A stretch of DNA of 64,000 bases from an uncultured cyanobacterium (GTDB taxonomy: Bacteria > Cyanobacteriota > Cyanobacteriia > Cyanobacteriales > Cyanobacteriaceae), in contig CAVQBA010000006.1 in the NCBI GenBank assembly GCA_963710605.1, forward strand, positions 480,001-544,000, given 5' to 3'. Position numbers and translations under genes: made by a program. Numbering within the stretch: position 1 is the first letter of the stretch; each line of letters starts with the position of its first letter. Shown piece by piece: positions 31,093-41,730 of the stretch. The notes below the pieces were generated by a model. It did not search any database and was not told the DNA's origin. It worked only from the letters and a program-made list of their open reading frames with translations.

Positions 31093-33576
31093 ATGAGTAA
31101 AGAAGCTCTTGTTGTCGGTATTAATAATTATCAAAGTGAAAGATTACCACATTTAAAAAGTCCCGCTGACGATGCAGAAGCAGTGGCTCAAATCTTAGAA
31201 AAACATAGTGATTTTACCGTTAACAGATTACCTTTAGGCATTCTAGCTGATACCAAAGCTGACATCGTTAATCCTAACTCGGAGATCGAAAAAAACGAAT
31301 TAAAACAAGCTCTAGAAAAACTATTTACCCCTCAAGGAAAAAATATTCCCGATACGGTATTACTATACTTTTCAGGACATGGAATTAGAGAAGAAGGAGC
31401 TGTTAAAGAAGGTTTTTTAGCTTGTAGTAATGCCTTAGTGACAGATGGTTTAATTTCCTTACAGTGGTTGAGACGTTTATTACAACAAAGCCCGATTCCT
31501 ACTCAAATTATCTGGTTAGACTGTTGTCATGCAGGGGAGTTACTTAACTTTCAAGAAGCTAACCCCGGCAATCAAGGCAAAACTCAAAATCGCTGTTTTA
31601 TCGCTTCATCAAGAGATTATCAGTCTTCCTTTACCAGCTTAAAATCCAAACATAGCGTTTTTACGGAAATTTTATTATCTGCTTTCAATTGCGAAAGTTT
31701 ACAAGAATCCATCACTAATTATAACTTAGTTGATTACATCGATCGTCATTTGCAAACACCTCGTCAAAAACCTATTTATAGCAACTTTGGTGAAGTGATT
31801 GAAATACTTCCTCATCGATTTGTAGAAGATACTCAAGAAAATTTTGATAATAATATAACTGGCGAAAACTATTATATTTGTCCTTATAAAGGTTTAGAAT
31901 ATTTCACCGTTGATGATGCTCAATATTTTTATGGTCGAGAAAAATTAACCGATGAGCTATTAAATCATATCCGAGAAGATAACTTTATGGCAGTAGTGGG
32001 GGCATCTGGTAGTGGTAAATCTTCGGTTATCAGAGCAGGATTGTTATATCAACTCCAGCAAGGATACAAGTTAAGTGGTTCTAAAAATTGGCAAGTGAAA
32101 ATAATTGTTCCCACAGACAAACCTTTAGAAAGTCTCAAGTCTGCTTTTATTGATGATGAAGCAGATGCGATTACTAAAGCAACCCAAAAAACCCAGTTAG
32201 ATGGACTTTTTCAAGCAGGAAAAGAAGGGTTTTGTAATCTAATTAATAGTCTGAGGGAAGATAATCAACGCTTTGTCTTGATTGTCGATCAATTTGAGGA
32301 AATCTTTACCCGTTGTGAAGATATAACTATTCGAGAACAATTTATCGAGTTTGTTTTGGAGGTAGTAAAAGCTTATCCTGACAGGTTTTGTTTAATTATC
32401 GCTATAAGGGCAGATTTTTTACTTAAATGTTTGGAAAGAGAATATAGCGGTTTGCATCAGTTAATTGACGCTCATCAAGTTTCGGTGATTCCCATGAAGG
32501 AAGCAGAGCTAAGAAATGCGATAATTAAACCAGCGAAAAAAGCCCATTTGCAATTAGAAGCAGGGTTAGCCGATGAGATATTGAAAGATGTAAAAAATTC
32601 CTCTAGTAGCTTGGCATTGATAGAGGATACCTTAAGGGAATTGTGGCAAAAACGAACAGGAAATTTTTTATCCTTCAGTATCTACAGTCAGTTAGGAGGT
32701 ATTACTGGTACATTAAATAACCGAGCAACGAAGATATACCAAGATTTTGTTACTCAAGCCAAAACAAAAGCCGAACAAAAATTAGGGAAAAAACAACAAG
32801 ATGCCGTACAACACATCTTTTTATGTTTGACTCAATTAGGAGAAGGTACAGAAGATACCCGTCGTCGAGTGGAAAAAAGTAGTCTTTATACAGCTAAGTT
32901 TACGGCTGAATTGTTAGAGCCTGTATTACAAACGTTAGCTCAAGAAAGGTTAATTGTCACCGATCGAAATAAATCTTGTGCGACAGATAAAGAATCGGTA
33001 ATTATTGATGTACCCCATAAAGCTTTAATTCGTAATTGGTTATTACTAAGAGAATGGCTCACTCAAAATAGGGAAAGATTGAGAATAATCAGAAAATTAG
33101 AAGGTTTGGCGGAGGAATGGCGAAAAGGCAAAGGAGATTTACTAATGGGTAAAACTTTTAAAAATGCTCTGGAGTTTGAGCGGGAATGGCAGGATAAATA
33201 TCCCCTTAACGATCGAATAACAGATTTTCTAAAGCAAAGTAAAAAAAAGAGAAATAGCGATTTTTTTAAATCTATTGGTTTATCTACGATTATTCCTTTA
33301 GTGGGAACAGTTTTAATTGCATATTTTGTATCTCGAGAAATACAGTTAAATGCAGATAAGCAATTAATTAGTGACTGTCAGGCAAAAGAAGATTGTCATG
33401 GTAGGAGAGAAGCTTTAGAAAGATTAGTAAAGGCTACTAAAAATTTAAATTATTACAAGCTTAAAGGTGCCAACCTCGAAAATGCCAACCTCACAGATGC
33501 AAAAAATCTTACCAACAAACAAATAAAATCTGCTTGTAATTGGGAAAACGCTTATTTTGCTAGGTATTTCAATTGA
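31093..33576 (+). CDS. Caspase-like peptidase + nSTAND1 NTPase + TM + short pentapeptide region; likely premature TGA (frame continues to 33696)
   Basis: FSGHG and LDCCH dyad, CPYKGL, GASGSGKSS, VDQFEEIF, TM IIPLVGTVLIAYF, ANLENANL. Confidence 0.88.
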   Translation: MSKEALVVGINNYQSERLPHLKSPADDAEAVAQILEKHSDFTVNRLPLGILADTKADIVNPNSEIEKNELKQALEKLFTPQGKNIPDTVLLYFSGHGIREEGAVKEGFLACSNALVTDGLISLQWLRRLLQQSPIPTQIIWLDCCHAGELLNFQEANPGNQGKTQNRCFIASSRDYQSSFTSLKSKHSVFTEILLSAFNCESLQESITNYNLVDYIDRHLQTPRQKPIYSNFGEVIEILPHRFVEDTQENFDNNITGENYYICPYKGLEYFTVDDAQYFYGREKLTDELLNHIREDNFMAVVGASGSGKSSVIRAGLLYQLQQGYKLSGSKNWQVKIIVPTDKPLESLKSAFIDDEADAITKATQKTQLDGLFQAGKEGFCNLINSLREDNQRFVLIVDQFEEIFTRCEDITIREQFIEFVLEVVKAYPDRFCLIIAIRADFLLKCLEREYSGLHQLIDAHQVSVIPMKEAELRNAIIKPAKKAHLQLEAGLADEILKDVKNSSSSLALIEDTLRELWQKRTGNFLSFSIYSQLGGITGTLNNRATKIYQDFVTQAKTKAEQKLGKKQQDAVQHIFLCLTQLGEGTEDTRRRVEKSSLYTAKFTAELLEPVLQTLAQERLIVTDRNKSCATDKESVIIDVPHKALIRNWLLLREWLTQNRERLRIIRKLEGLAEEWRKGKGDLLMGKTFKNALEFEREWQDKYPLNDRITDFLKQSKKKRNSDFFKSIGLSTIIPLVGTVLIAYFVSREIQLNADKQLISDCQAKEDCHGRREALERLVKATKNLNYYKLKGANLENANLTDAKNLTNKQIKSACNWENAYFARYFN

Positions 33577-33739
33577 GAAAAAAGAGAATGGATAGTTAAT
33601 GAAGCAAAGCAGGAGGCAAAAATTAAAGAATTAAAAGAGGATACAGCATCTAATCCAGAAGTAAAACCCGATTGTAGTATATGGATATTGGACTAGAATT
33701 CTAAGATTTGAACTGTAAACTTTGAACTCGGAAGTAAAT

Positions 33740-34093
33740 AAACAAAGACGATTTTAAGATCTCAATCAATCCCCTTAAATTACCCTTCGTTTGCCCCCTC
33801 AATCCCCGAACCCCTCTGCCTTTAAGGCATCTCCCCTTGAAAGGGGAGAGTGGGGGAAGCTGTGCGTCTGCTTCGCTTTTATTCATTGAGACTTTCTAAC
33901 TATATCGTCATTTAAAATAATGGTGAGGAAATATTGAAGCTAAAATTACAGTTTAATTTATTAAACGATATCTATTAGCCTTGTAATTCATTGCAAGGTG
34001 GGGTAAAAACTCAAGTTTGAAATCTGATTAATATTATCTTAATCTTAATTGAAATGACTATAATTGTTGTAAATTTTATTTAAATTGGTATTA
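33740..34093. repeat. Cluster of dispersed repeats and a MITE (TATATCGTCATTT...AAATGACTATA)
   Basis: ACAAAGACGATTTTAA shared with 30165; CTCCCCTT-GA-AAGGGGAG hairpin; TATTAGCCTTG..TGCAAGG shared with 38896. Confidence 0.65.
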
Positions 34094-34162
34094 CTTTTAT
34101 TTGGAACTTAATTGAAATTACTGTAATTTTATATTCAGTGACGATCAATCGTTTATAATTTT

Positions 34163-35272
34163 ATGACTCAAACCATTGTTATCAAAATCGGTACATCTAG
34201 TTTAACTAAACCCGATACAGGCAACTTAGCCCTCTCAACTATCTCTAGCTTAGTTGAAACCATCACTTATTTACGCCAAGAGCAATACCAAGTGATTTTA
34301 GTTTCCTCTGGTGCGGTTGGTGTTGGTTGTGGCAGACTAGCTTTAAAAGAGCGTCCTCGTAATATTAGCTTAAAACAAGCTGTGGCGGCAGTCGGGCAAG
34401 GAAGACTAATCCGTATTTATGATGACTTATTTAATAATCTACAACAACCGATCGCTCAAATATTACTCACTCGTAGCGATTTAGTTACTCGTAACTCTTA
34501 TGTCAATATTAGTAATACTTTTAATGCTTTATTAGATTTAGGGGTAATACCGATCGTTAATGAAAATGATACTGTCGCTACAGAAGAATTAAAATTTGGT
34601 GACAACGATACCTTGTCAGCTTTAGTGGCGAGTTTAGTTAAAGCAGACTGGTTGTTTTTACTTACCGATGTTGATAAATTATACTCAGCCGACCCTCGTT
34701 TACAAGCTAATGCTAAACCGATCGATGTGGTTAATGCCGAGGAATTTTCGCAATTACAAGTAGATGTCGGTAATAGTAATAGCGGTTGGGGTACAGGTGG
34801 CATGATAACCAAACTCAGAGCCGCTAAAATTGCCTCTAATGCAGGGGTAACGACAGTTATTACCAATGGGCAAAATCCTCCTAATATCATCAAAATTATC
34901 GCAGGAGAAGCGATCGGGACAAGGTTTGAACCTCAATCACAACCAGATAACGCTCGCAAACAATGGATTAGTAATGGCTTAGTTGCGATGGGTAAACTTC
35001 ATCTTGATGATGGAGCAATTAAGGCTATCTCAACGCAAGGTAAGTCTTTGTTAGCAGTAGGTATAGTCGATGTAGAAGGAGAATTTAACGCCTCAGAAGC
35101 AGTCGATTTAATCGATCGTGCGGGAGAGGAAATAGGTAAGGGAATTATCAATTATAGTAGTGATGAGTTAGCCAAAATTAAAGGTAAAAAGTCATTACAT
35201 ATTGCCCAAATTTTAGGTTATTCTGCTCCAGAAACAGTTATTCATCGAGATAATTTAGTTGTTTTTAATTAA
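34163..35272 (+). CDS. proB: Glutamate 5-kinase
   Basis: [31 protein letters not shown] domain. Confidence 0.97.
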   Translation: MTQTIVIKIGTSSLTKPDTGNLALSTISSLVETITYLRQEQYQVILVSSGAVGVGCGRLALKERPRNISLKQAVAAVGQGRLIRIYDDLFNNLQQPIAQILLTRSDLVTRNSYVNISNTFNALLDLGVIPIVNENDTVATEELKFGDNDTLSALVASLVKADWLFLLTDVDKLYSADPRLQANAKPIDVVNAEEFSQLQVDVGNSNSGWGTGGMITKLRAAKIASNAGVTTVITNGQNPPNIIKIIAGEAIGTRFEPQSQPDNARKQWISNGLVAMGKLHLDDGAIKAISTQGKSLLAVGIVDVEGEFNASEAVDLIDRAGEEIGKGIINYSSDELAKIKGKKSLHIAQILGYSAPETVIHRDNLVVFN

Positions 35273-35380
35273 CTAATTCTAGTTTGTAGTGATGGCTTGA
35301 GCTATTACTATCGCCACAAATATAAACTTTAAAGGGTTGAGTGCAAATTATTTTATAAGCGATCGAAAAAATATGATATT

Positions 35381-35476
35381 ATTCATCAAATTAAAGTTAA
35401 AAATGTAAAAACTGTCAATAATATAGGTTCAGATCATTTACCGTTAATTACTACTTTAATTATTCCTAAATTTTAA
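35381..35476 (+). pseudogene. C-terminal remnant of an endonuclease/exonuclease/phosphatase-family gene
   Basis: IKVKNVKTVNNIGSDHLPLITTLII*; GSDHLP hallmark; upstream in-frame stop at 35330. Confidence 0.6.
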
Positions 35477-35696
35477 TTTTTTAACCATCGATCGTTGAAT
35501 AAATTAAACCTAATATAAAATTATAGTTGATTTCAATAAATGTTATTTATTAGTTTTTAAAAATTATTATACGGTAATTTATAATTATAATTTTACTTGA
35601 TATTTATAGTCGAGCGTACTTATTTTTTTCACCTCTAAACCAAATTAATCAAACCAATTACGTATTCACTACAAAAAAATACATTAAAGCTATTAA

Positions 35697-35840
35697 GACT
35701 AAATTTGAAGCTCAACCGCAACTAGATAACGCCCATAAACGATCGATTAGTAACGGCTTAGTCGCCATAGGTAAAATTCATTTAGATGATGGGGCAATTA
35801 AAGCTATCTCTCTCTGCTCAAGGTAAATCTTTGTTGGCAG
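35697..35840 (+). pseudogene. Diverged duplicate fragment of proB (34918-35057)
   Basis: Colinear alignment over about 140 bp with many third-position differences and a 4-bp CT slippage. Confidence 0.9.
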
Positions 35841-36128
35841 ATGAAAACGATGGCGATTTTACTTCGTACAAAATTGGTATAGCCCCTATGAAGTAGATTA
35901 ACTTTGTCTAAAACCAGTTCTCATCTATTATTCCGCCGTATTTTTGAAGTGTCGCAGTTACAAGATTTTATTGTAACTGTTGTGAAGATAATATGAACTG
36001 CTATCTCTAATATTTTAATAAGTCTCAAAAGTTGTCTTTAAAGTTATGAAGAAGATAGAGTAAATTGTTGCTGTTTAAACATGAGGCAAACGATAAATCA
36101 TTGAACAGTTGACATTAAAAGTCTTCGC

Positions 36129-36205
36129 AAGTTCCTGAACCAACTTCCCTTCTTCTCGCAATTGCATCATTAAATGTATAGCAAAGAGGAAGAGATAAGA
36201 CTTAG
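36129..36205 (+). pseudogene. PEP-CTERM sorting-signal remnant
   Basis: QVPEPTSLLLAIASLNV*QRGRDKT*; no intact upstream ORF. Confidence 0.5.
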
Positions 36206-36796
36206 GCTTATACTTCAATAAAAAGGGGTCTAGGAGAGCTTTAAAAAGAGGGAAGCCGTCTTAGTTCCTTGTGCACCTTTTACTCTTAGTCACGGTCTGT
36301 TTAAGAGTGGTATAGCTCATGTTGAGATTCCTGGTAGTAATGGAGAGACCCTCAAAGATACGGCAGTCAGTGTGAAGACAGATGTTGAAGATCGCTCAAA
36401 CTATAGAATTGGTCAAGCCCTAGGCGAACAACTTGTCGATTTCTGAAGAAGTGATGACTTTTTTGTTCTACATTACGAAACGTACTTTTCTTGCTCCTTC
36501 TTATTCTCAAGATACTCAGATCGCATCATTGTCTATTCCTCTACATTTTAGAAGAAAAGGCGAAAAGTTGTTGATAAAGTCGAAGACCCTAGGGATTTAC
36601 TAAATCTACATCTAGGGTCTGTCAGGCATAACCCGTGAATTGATAGCGTGCGTTCAGTAAGAGAATTACCTCAACCTGTAGAGATAAAGAATTGTTATAA
36701 CTTGTTTTCGCGCTTAAAAGCACGAGGCTTGAAACCTAATTTTTTTCGGTCAGAAATATACTTACGTTAAGTCCTATAACAATATATTATGGCTAC

Positions 36797-37075
36797 TTAA
36801 AAAGATTCCATTCTTCCCAACAACTCTTGAGTCTTCTTACGCAGGCATTCATTTCTTTGCGGATAAAGTTCGGCAAGACGACGGTATTCTTCCAAAGAAG
36901 ATAAAAACCATACTACTATTTGGTCATCAGAGTATTCTTTAGTTTTAACAACCATGTATGGGTAGATTGTCTGACTAATCTCCATTTTGAGAGCTAAACT
37001 ATTTAGATAAAGTCTTCCGATTTTAATCCCTCTAAAACAAGTAGGATATACACAAAATTCTATAGAGTTTTTCAC
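36797..37075 (-). CDS. Hypothetical protein divergent from the relaxase
   Basis: 92-aa ORF, GTG start preceded by AAGGAG. Confidence 0.55.
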   Translation of the reverse strand: MKNSIEFCVYPTCFRGIKIGRLYLNSLALKMEISQTIYPYMVVKTKEYSDDQIVVWFLSSLEEYRRLAELYPQRNECLRKKTQELLGRMESF

Positions 37076-37175
37076 AAAATTTCTCCTTTATTTTATTTTT
37101 CATATAAGAAGTGCGATAGCACATATTTATTTTATTCTTTATATAACTCATATATTAATTGCGAAGCAACTGGAG

Positions 37176-37194
37176 AAAGTGTACACTTATACAT
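37176..37194 (-). promoter_or_regulatory. Degenerate MOBQ oriT-like site
   Basis: Minus strand GTATAAGTGTACACTT resembles the MOBQ nic core TAAGTGCGCCCT; about 50 bp upstream of the relaxase. Confidence 0.5.
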
Positions 37195-37241
37195 TAAGGT
37201 AAATTTCTAAATTAGACTTTACGAAAAAATCAGTTAAAGCT

Positions 37242-38148
37242 ATGGCTATTTATCATTTAAGCGTTAAAGTTTTGAGCCGGAGTCGTGGGCAAAGTGCGGT
37301 CTTTGCCGCAGCTTATCGTGCAGGAGAAAGGCTAGAAGATAAACGCCGTAATGAAGTAAAAGACTATTCGCAACGACATGGATTGCTCTACAAGGAGATT
37401 ATATCCCCCCCTGAAACACCAAATTGGCTTGTAGCCAATCGTCAAATTCTTTGGAATACAGTAGAAATGGCCGAAAAACGCGAAGACTCTCAGTTAGCAA
37501 AAGAGATAGAAATTTCCCTACCAGTAGAGTTGACTCTAGAACAACAAGTAAATTTAGTTAAAGAATACGTTCAAGAGCAATTTATCAAAGAAGGAATGAT
37601 AGCTGACATTACTATTAATAAACCTCCCAAGACTTATGAAGGTGAACTTCGTAAAGGCGACCTTCTGTAATGTTTATGCTCAAATTTTGCTAACTACTAG
37701 AACTATAAAATCAGATGGTTTTGGACAAAAAAACAGACAATGGAATCAAAAAAACTTGATAGAAAAGTGGCGTATTCAATGGGAACTTTATGCGAATAAA
37801 GCTTTGGAGAAAGCTGGTAGAAAAGAACGTATCGATCGTCGAAGTTTAAAATCTCAAGGTTTAGAAAAATCAAAAAATCAAAAATCTTCTAAAAGTTCTC
37901 ATGAAAAGAAGAAGGCAGATTACCAAGTAGTCTTCGTTGCTCAAGAATTCAAAATTTTCTTTGAAGCTTATAAAGTTTGGCTAAAATCTCAAAAAATAGC
38001 AGGAAGTAAAGTTGATTTTCAAAGCTTTAAGGATAAGTTAGAAGAAAAGTTTGAGAATAAACCAAAAAACAAAATGAATTATAGAGAATGGGCTGAATCT
38101 GTCTCTCAAATACAAAATGAATTTTTAGAACAGTTTCTTAAAATCTAG
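37242..38148 (+). pseudogene. MobA/MobL (MOBQ) relaxase, frameshifted near 37665
   Basis: MAIYHLSVK, AAAYRAGE, LWNTVEMAEKREDSQLAKE, ILLTTR, RIDRRSL. Confidence 0.9.
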
Positions 38149-38200
38149 TTTTTTAAACTTTCTGAGAAGCAAGATTGTTCATGTTATTTCAGTCGAAGCG

Positions 38201-38683
38201 ATCGACGCTTTATTATTTATGGGCCGAGTATGGGAAAAAAATGCTTTTACTAAAGACGATGACTTTTTAAAAAGTTCGGACGAAGAAACCCGTTTTGTAA
38301 TTAACGTAAATACGATCGCACCGATCGAGATAACAAGAATTTTATCAGAAAACTTACTTCAAGCAAAAAACCCTAGAGCAATTTATATCGGTGCTACATC
38401 GGGTTTAAATCATAACGCATCAATTGAAGTAGCTAACACGGCATCTAAATTTGGTTTGTGCGGTGCAATTCAAGCCTTAAGAATTACCTTTCAAAAAAAG
38501 ATTGGATTCACAGTTATTAATCCGAGTAATATAGAAACACCAGAAGTAATGTTAGATATTAAAGAAAGAAGATTCCAACCGCATTAATCAATTCCTCTCA
38601 ACGATTTGATTAATGCTATAGACTGGATTTTGACGTTATCTCCTCATGTAGATGTACCAGAATTGAATTTAATGCAAAGATAA
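38201..38683 (+). pseudogene. Short-chain dehydrogenase fragment, 5'-truncated with internal TAA at 38585
   Basis: IDALLF, NTASKFGL, TVINP; the frame continues *SIPLNDL...LMQR*; no Rossmann N-terminus. Confidence 0.75.
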
Positions 38684-39037
38684 GATTAAAAACACAAAAC
38701 TGAACATCAATAATTTCTTAAAATTTGTTCGTGCTATTCTCAAGAAAATTACGGGTAGGGTGGGAATCCACCTACCATTAACTTATTTTGAAAATTAATC
38801 AGATTCTAAAACTGTTTCACTCTTATTTTTAAATAACTATATAGCTCATTTTGACGAACACTTCGACTATCGCTCGTGGTGCGTGGCGATTACTATTAGC
38901 CTTGACAATGTTTTTTGCAAGGCGATTTATTTTTACTCGTTTTTTCCACTTCTAAAGTAATAAAGGGCTAAACCCCTTACTACCAAAAAAAAAATTATAA
39001 AAAGATATTAATTCTCAATTCTCAACTCTCAATTCTT

Positions 39038-40123
39038 CTAGTATCGTTCAAAGAAATAATTAGCTACTTCATTGGCAATATATTCCCCACCATATTTGTC
39101 AAGTTTTTCGTTAGTTGTAGGAGGGAGTAAATCTTGTTTTAAGAAATCCCAATCAGTTTCATAAAAATCTTGACGATTGACGATACGATGATAACTATAT
39201 TTACGTAAGTCATTTAATAGTATTTGCGACTCGTTAAACCCTTCACGAGTTACACTAATCATCGGTACATCCAAACGCATACACTCAGCAAAAGTACTAA
39301 AACCGGGTTTACATAATACTTTACCTGTAATCGGTAAAAAATCAACAGGACGTTGTATATTATCCGTTATCTTCAACAAATTAGGCATATCGGGAGCATT
39401 TTTATCAAAAGTAATAAATTGCCAATCTGAGAAATCTGTTAAGTTTTGATAAGGAATTGCGTTTAAACCCAAACCACCAAAAGTAAGTAAAATAGTTTTT
39501 TCTTTCGGTGTAGTCAAATCGTATTTAGCTCTTAACTCATCTTCTTTATAACGAGGTACACCACCTGTTAAACCAACATCTTCTTGATGAGGAAAACAAC
39601 TCATTGGCTCGGCAAATGGTAAACGGAATAATCGATTGCATTTACTATAACCTTCTCTTAGCCAATCAATAATCGAACCAAACTCATCTTGCCATGGCTG
39701 ATAAATAAAATCCCAACCAAAATTACCCATCATCCAACAAGGAATACCAGCCTCAGCCGCAATTTTTGTGGTCATCGCTGGAATATCAGCAAGCATAAGA
39801 CTAATTCGATTAATCTGAATATATTCTACTTCCCTAGCAACGATTTCTTGCTCTTTGGCACGATAATCTTCCATTTTACGTAATGTGCCAGCAACATCCA
39901 TTTGGATACTATCAGACTGAATTACACCAACATCAAAACTCTGAAGACGGTAAATAAAATCCCCCTCTAAGTAACTTTCTATTAACCAACGAGGTGCAGT
40001 TGTGACAATAACTAATAAGATATCGGGATTCAATTTTTGTATTTGTTTAGCCACTGATGCCATACGTACAGCATGACCAAAACCATGATTCGTAATCGCT
40101 ATGTATAAAACAGGACGAGACAT
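39038..40123 (-). CDS. GT-B glycosyltransferase-like protein
   Basis: HGFGHAVR, LTFGG, KPGFSTFAE. Confidence 0.85.
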   Translation of the reverse strand: MSRPVLYIAITNHGFGHAVRMASVAKQIQKLNPDILLVIVTTAPRWLIESYLEGDFIYRLQSFDVGVIQSDSIQMDVAGTLRKMEDYRAKEQEIVAREVEYIQINRISLMLADIPAMTTKIAAEAGIPCWMMGNFGWDFIYQPWQDEFGSIIDWLREGYSKCNRLFRLPFAEPMSCFPHQEDVGLTGGVPRYKEDELRAKYDLTTPKEKTILLTFGGLGLNAIPYQNLTDFSDWQFITFDKNAPDMPNLLKITDNIQRPVDFLPITGKVLCKPGFSTFAECMRLDVPMISVTREGFNESQILLNDLRKYSYHRIVNRQDFYETDWDFLKQDLLPPTTNEKLDKYGGEYIANEVANYFFERY

Positions 40124-40402
40124 AATAATTCGACAAGTAAAAGTGTGAATAGTGAATGACGACCAAATATATTAATCAAAGATAATATTTGCTCAAAAAT
40201 AAAAAGGCAACTCTACTGACTAATTAAGACTTGTGAAGAGAAAAAAATTTTGTCTCCTGATTTTAAGCTAAAAATTACGATTTAATTTACAGATTGATCA
40301 GGTCAAGAACTTAAATAGTTAATTAGTAATATGTTAAACTGCTGACATAAATATCTACTTAATTAATGTACTATTAAATTATTGTAACAAAAATACATAT
40401 AG

Positions 40403-40984
40403 GTGAAAAAAATCGTGAATGATAGTCAAAATGATATTCGCCAAACGGTAATACTGACAAAGTATTATAGTTTTGACTTAGGACGTTATACGATTAAGGA
40501 TTTGATTACGAAATGGATAGACATTTATCCTTATCATTGGTTACCTTTGGCTGTTACTCAAGCGATTTATCAAGGCAGACTTAAAGCGGTTTCGATCGAG
40601 CAAATTTTAAGTAATTGGCAAAAAAAAGGCGAAGTAAGTTATAGTTTTAACCGTGAATTTATTAATTTAATCCAACCTGAAGCAAATTTTAGACTACAAC
40701 AAGAAAGAGAAGCTAAAAAAATATTTTGCTTTGTTAATCAACCTCAGCCACCTGAGACTAATTTATCTGGCTTTAACTCTACATCTGATGAGCAATTAAA
40801 TCCGTCTGTTTCTATCCCTGTGACGGCAAAAATTAAGCCAAAAGCTATTTCTATCACACAATTTAATGACTCAAATTCGAGTAATGATTCTTCTCAGTCT
40901 TTTAAAAAACTCAAATCTTTAGCTAGTGATAATAGTAATGAGCAAAAAAGAGATTTTTATCATCAATTAATTATTAATGGTTAA
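40403..40984 (+). CDS. Hypothetical protein
   Basis: 193-aa ORF with YSFDL and AIYQGRLKAVSIEQIL..W segments. Confidence 0.7.
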   Translation: MKKIVNDSQNDIRQTVILTKYYSFDLGRYTIKDLITKWIDIYPYHWLPLAVTQAIYQGRLKAVSIEQILSNWQKKGEVSYSFNREFINLIQPEANFRLQQEREAKKIFCFVNQPQPPETNLSGFNSTSDEQLNPSVSIPVTAKIKPKAISITQFNDSNSSNDSSQSFKKLKSLASDNSNEQKRDFYHQLIING

Positions 40985-40996
40985 TTATCAAAATTA

Positions 40997-41587
40997 TCAA
41001 CGTTCAATAAATTGAATTATTTTTTGTAAAACTTTTTCATCGCTAGACATCCATCGATGTATCTGAATCGGAATACATACTTCTTCTCCTACTCCCATCA
41101 ATGAACTATCTGCGGGAATAATCATGGTATCAAAAGGTGTCCACATAACTAAAGATTCAATTTGATTTAGTTGTTGTTGAACATCTGTATTTAAGTCTTC
41201 TAAAAAGCTACTATAAGGACGCATTTGTTCTATTCCTTTAAATGGTAAAGGTAAAAGATAAGCTAAAGCACTACCATTGTTTGGTGCAGAAATACTAATA
41301 TATTTATCAACTTTATTAATTCCTTCTAATCTTTGTAAATAATAACGGGTGACTAATCCTCCCATACTAAAACCGATTAAAATTATTTTTTCTTCAGGTA
41401 GAAAGTTTTTATCTATATATGTCTTGACTTGTAAAGCTAATATTTTTAAATCGGCAATGCCAAAGTTAGGTTTCAAATCGATAGCATGGGTTTGATAACC
41501 TCTTTTTCTTAAATAAGTTGACATGATGGCAAATTTTTGGGCTGTATCGTTTAATCCATGTATCATTAAGACTGGTTTTTTTTTCAT
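40997..41587 (-). CDS. Lipase/esterase family protein
   Basis: MIHG, GFSMG, ISAPNNGS. Confidence 0.88.
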   Translation of the reverse strand: MKKKPVLMIHGLNDTAQKFAIMSTYLRKRGYQTHAIDLKPNFGIADLKILALQVKTYIDKNFLPEEKIILIGFSMGGLVTRYYLQRLEGINKVDKYISISAPNNGSALAYLLPLPFKGIEQMRPYSSFLEDLNTDVQQQLNQIESLVMWTPFDTMIIPADSSLMGVGEEVCIPIQIHRWMSSDEKVLQKIIQFIER

Positions 41588-41730
41588 TATTCTTGCTTTA
41601 GTTAAAAATAATAACGATCGCTTCAATTGATGGTAGTAAAAATAAAAAATTGTTTTTAATCATAAAATACGATCGTATCGGTTGTATTTTATCTTGGAAT
41701 TGAGTATCACTAAAATTTAATTAATTATCA

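Noticed and set aside
33701..33886. 61-aa ORF
   Set aside because: Translation of dispersed-repeat DNA.
35697..35840. proB duplicate as a DGR template/variable repeat pair
   Set aside because: Mismatches are not adenine-specific; many are synonymous.
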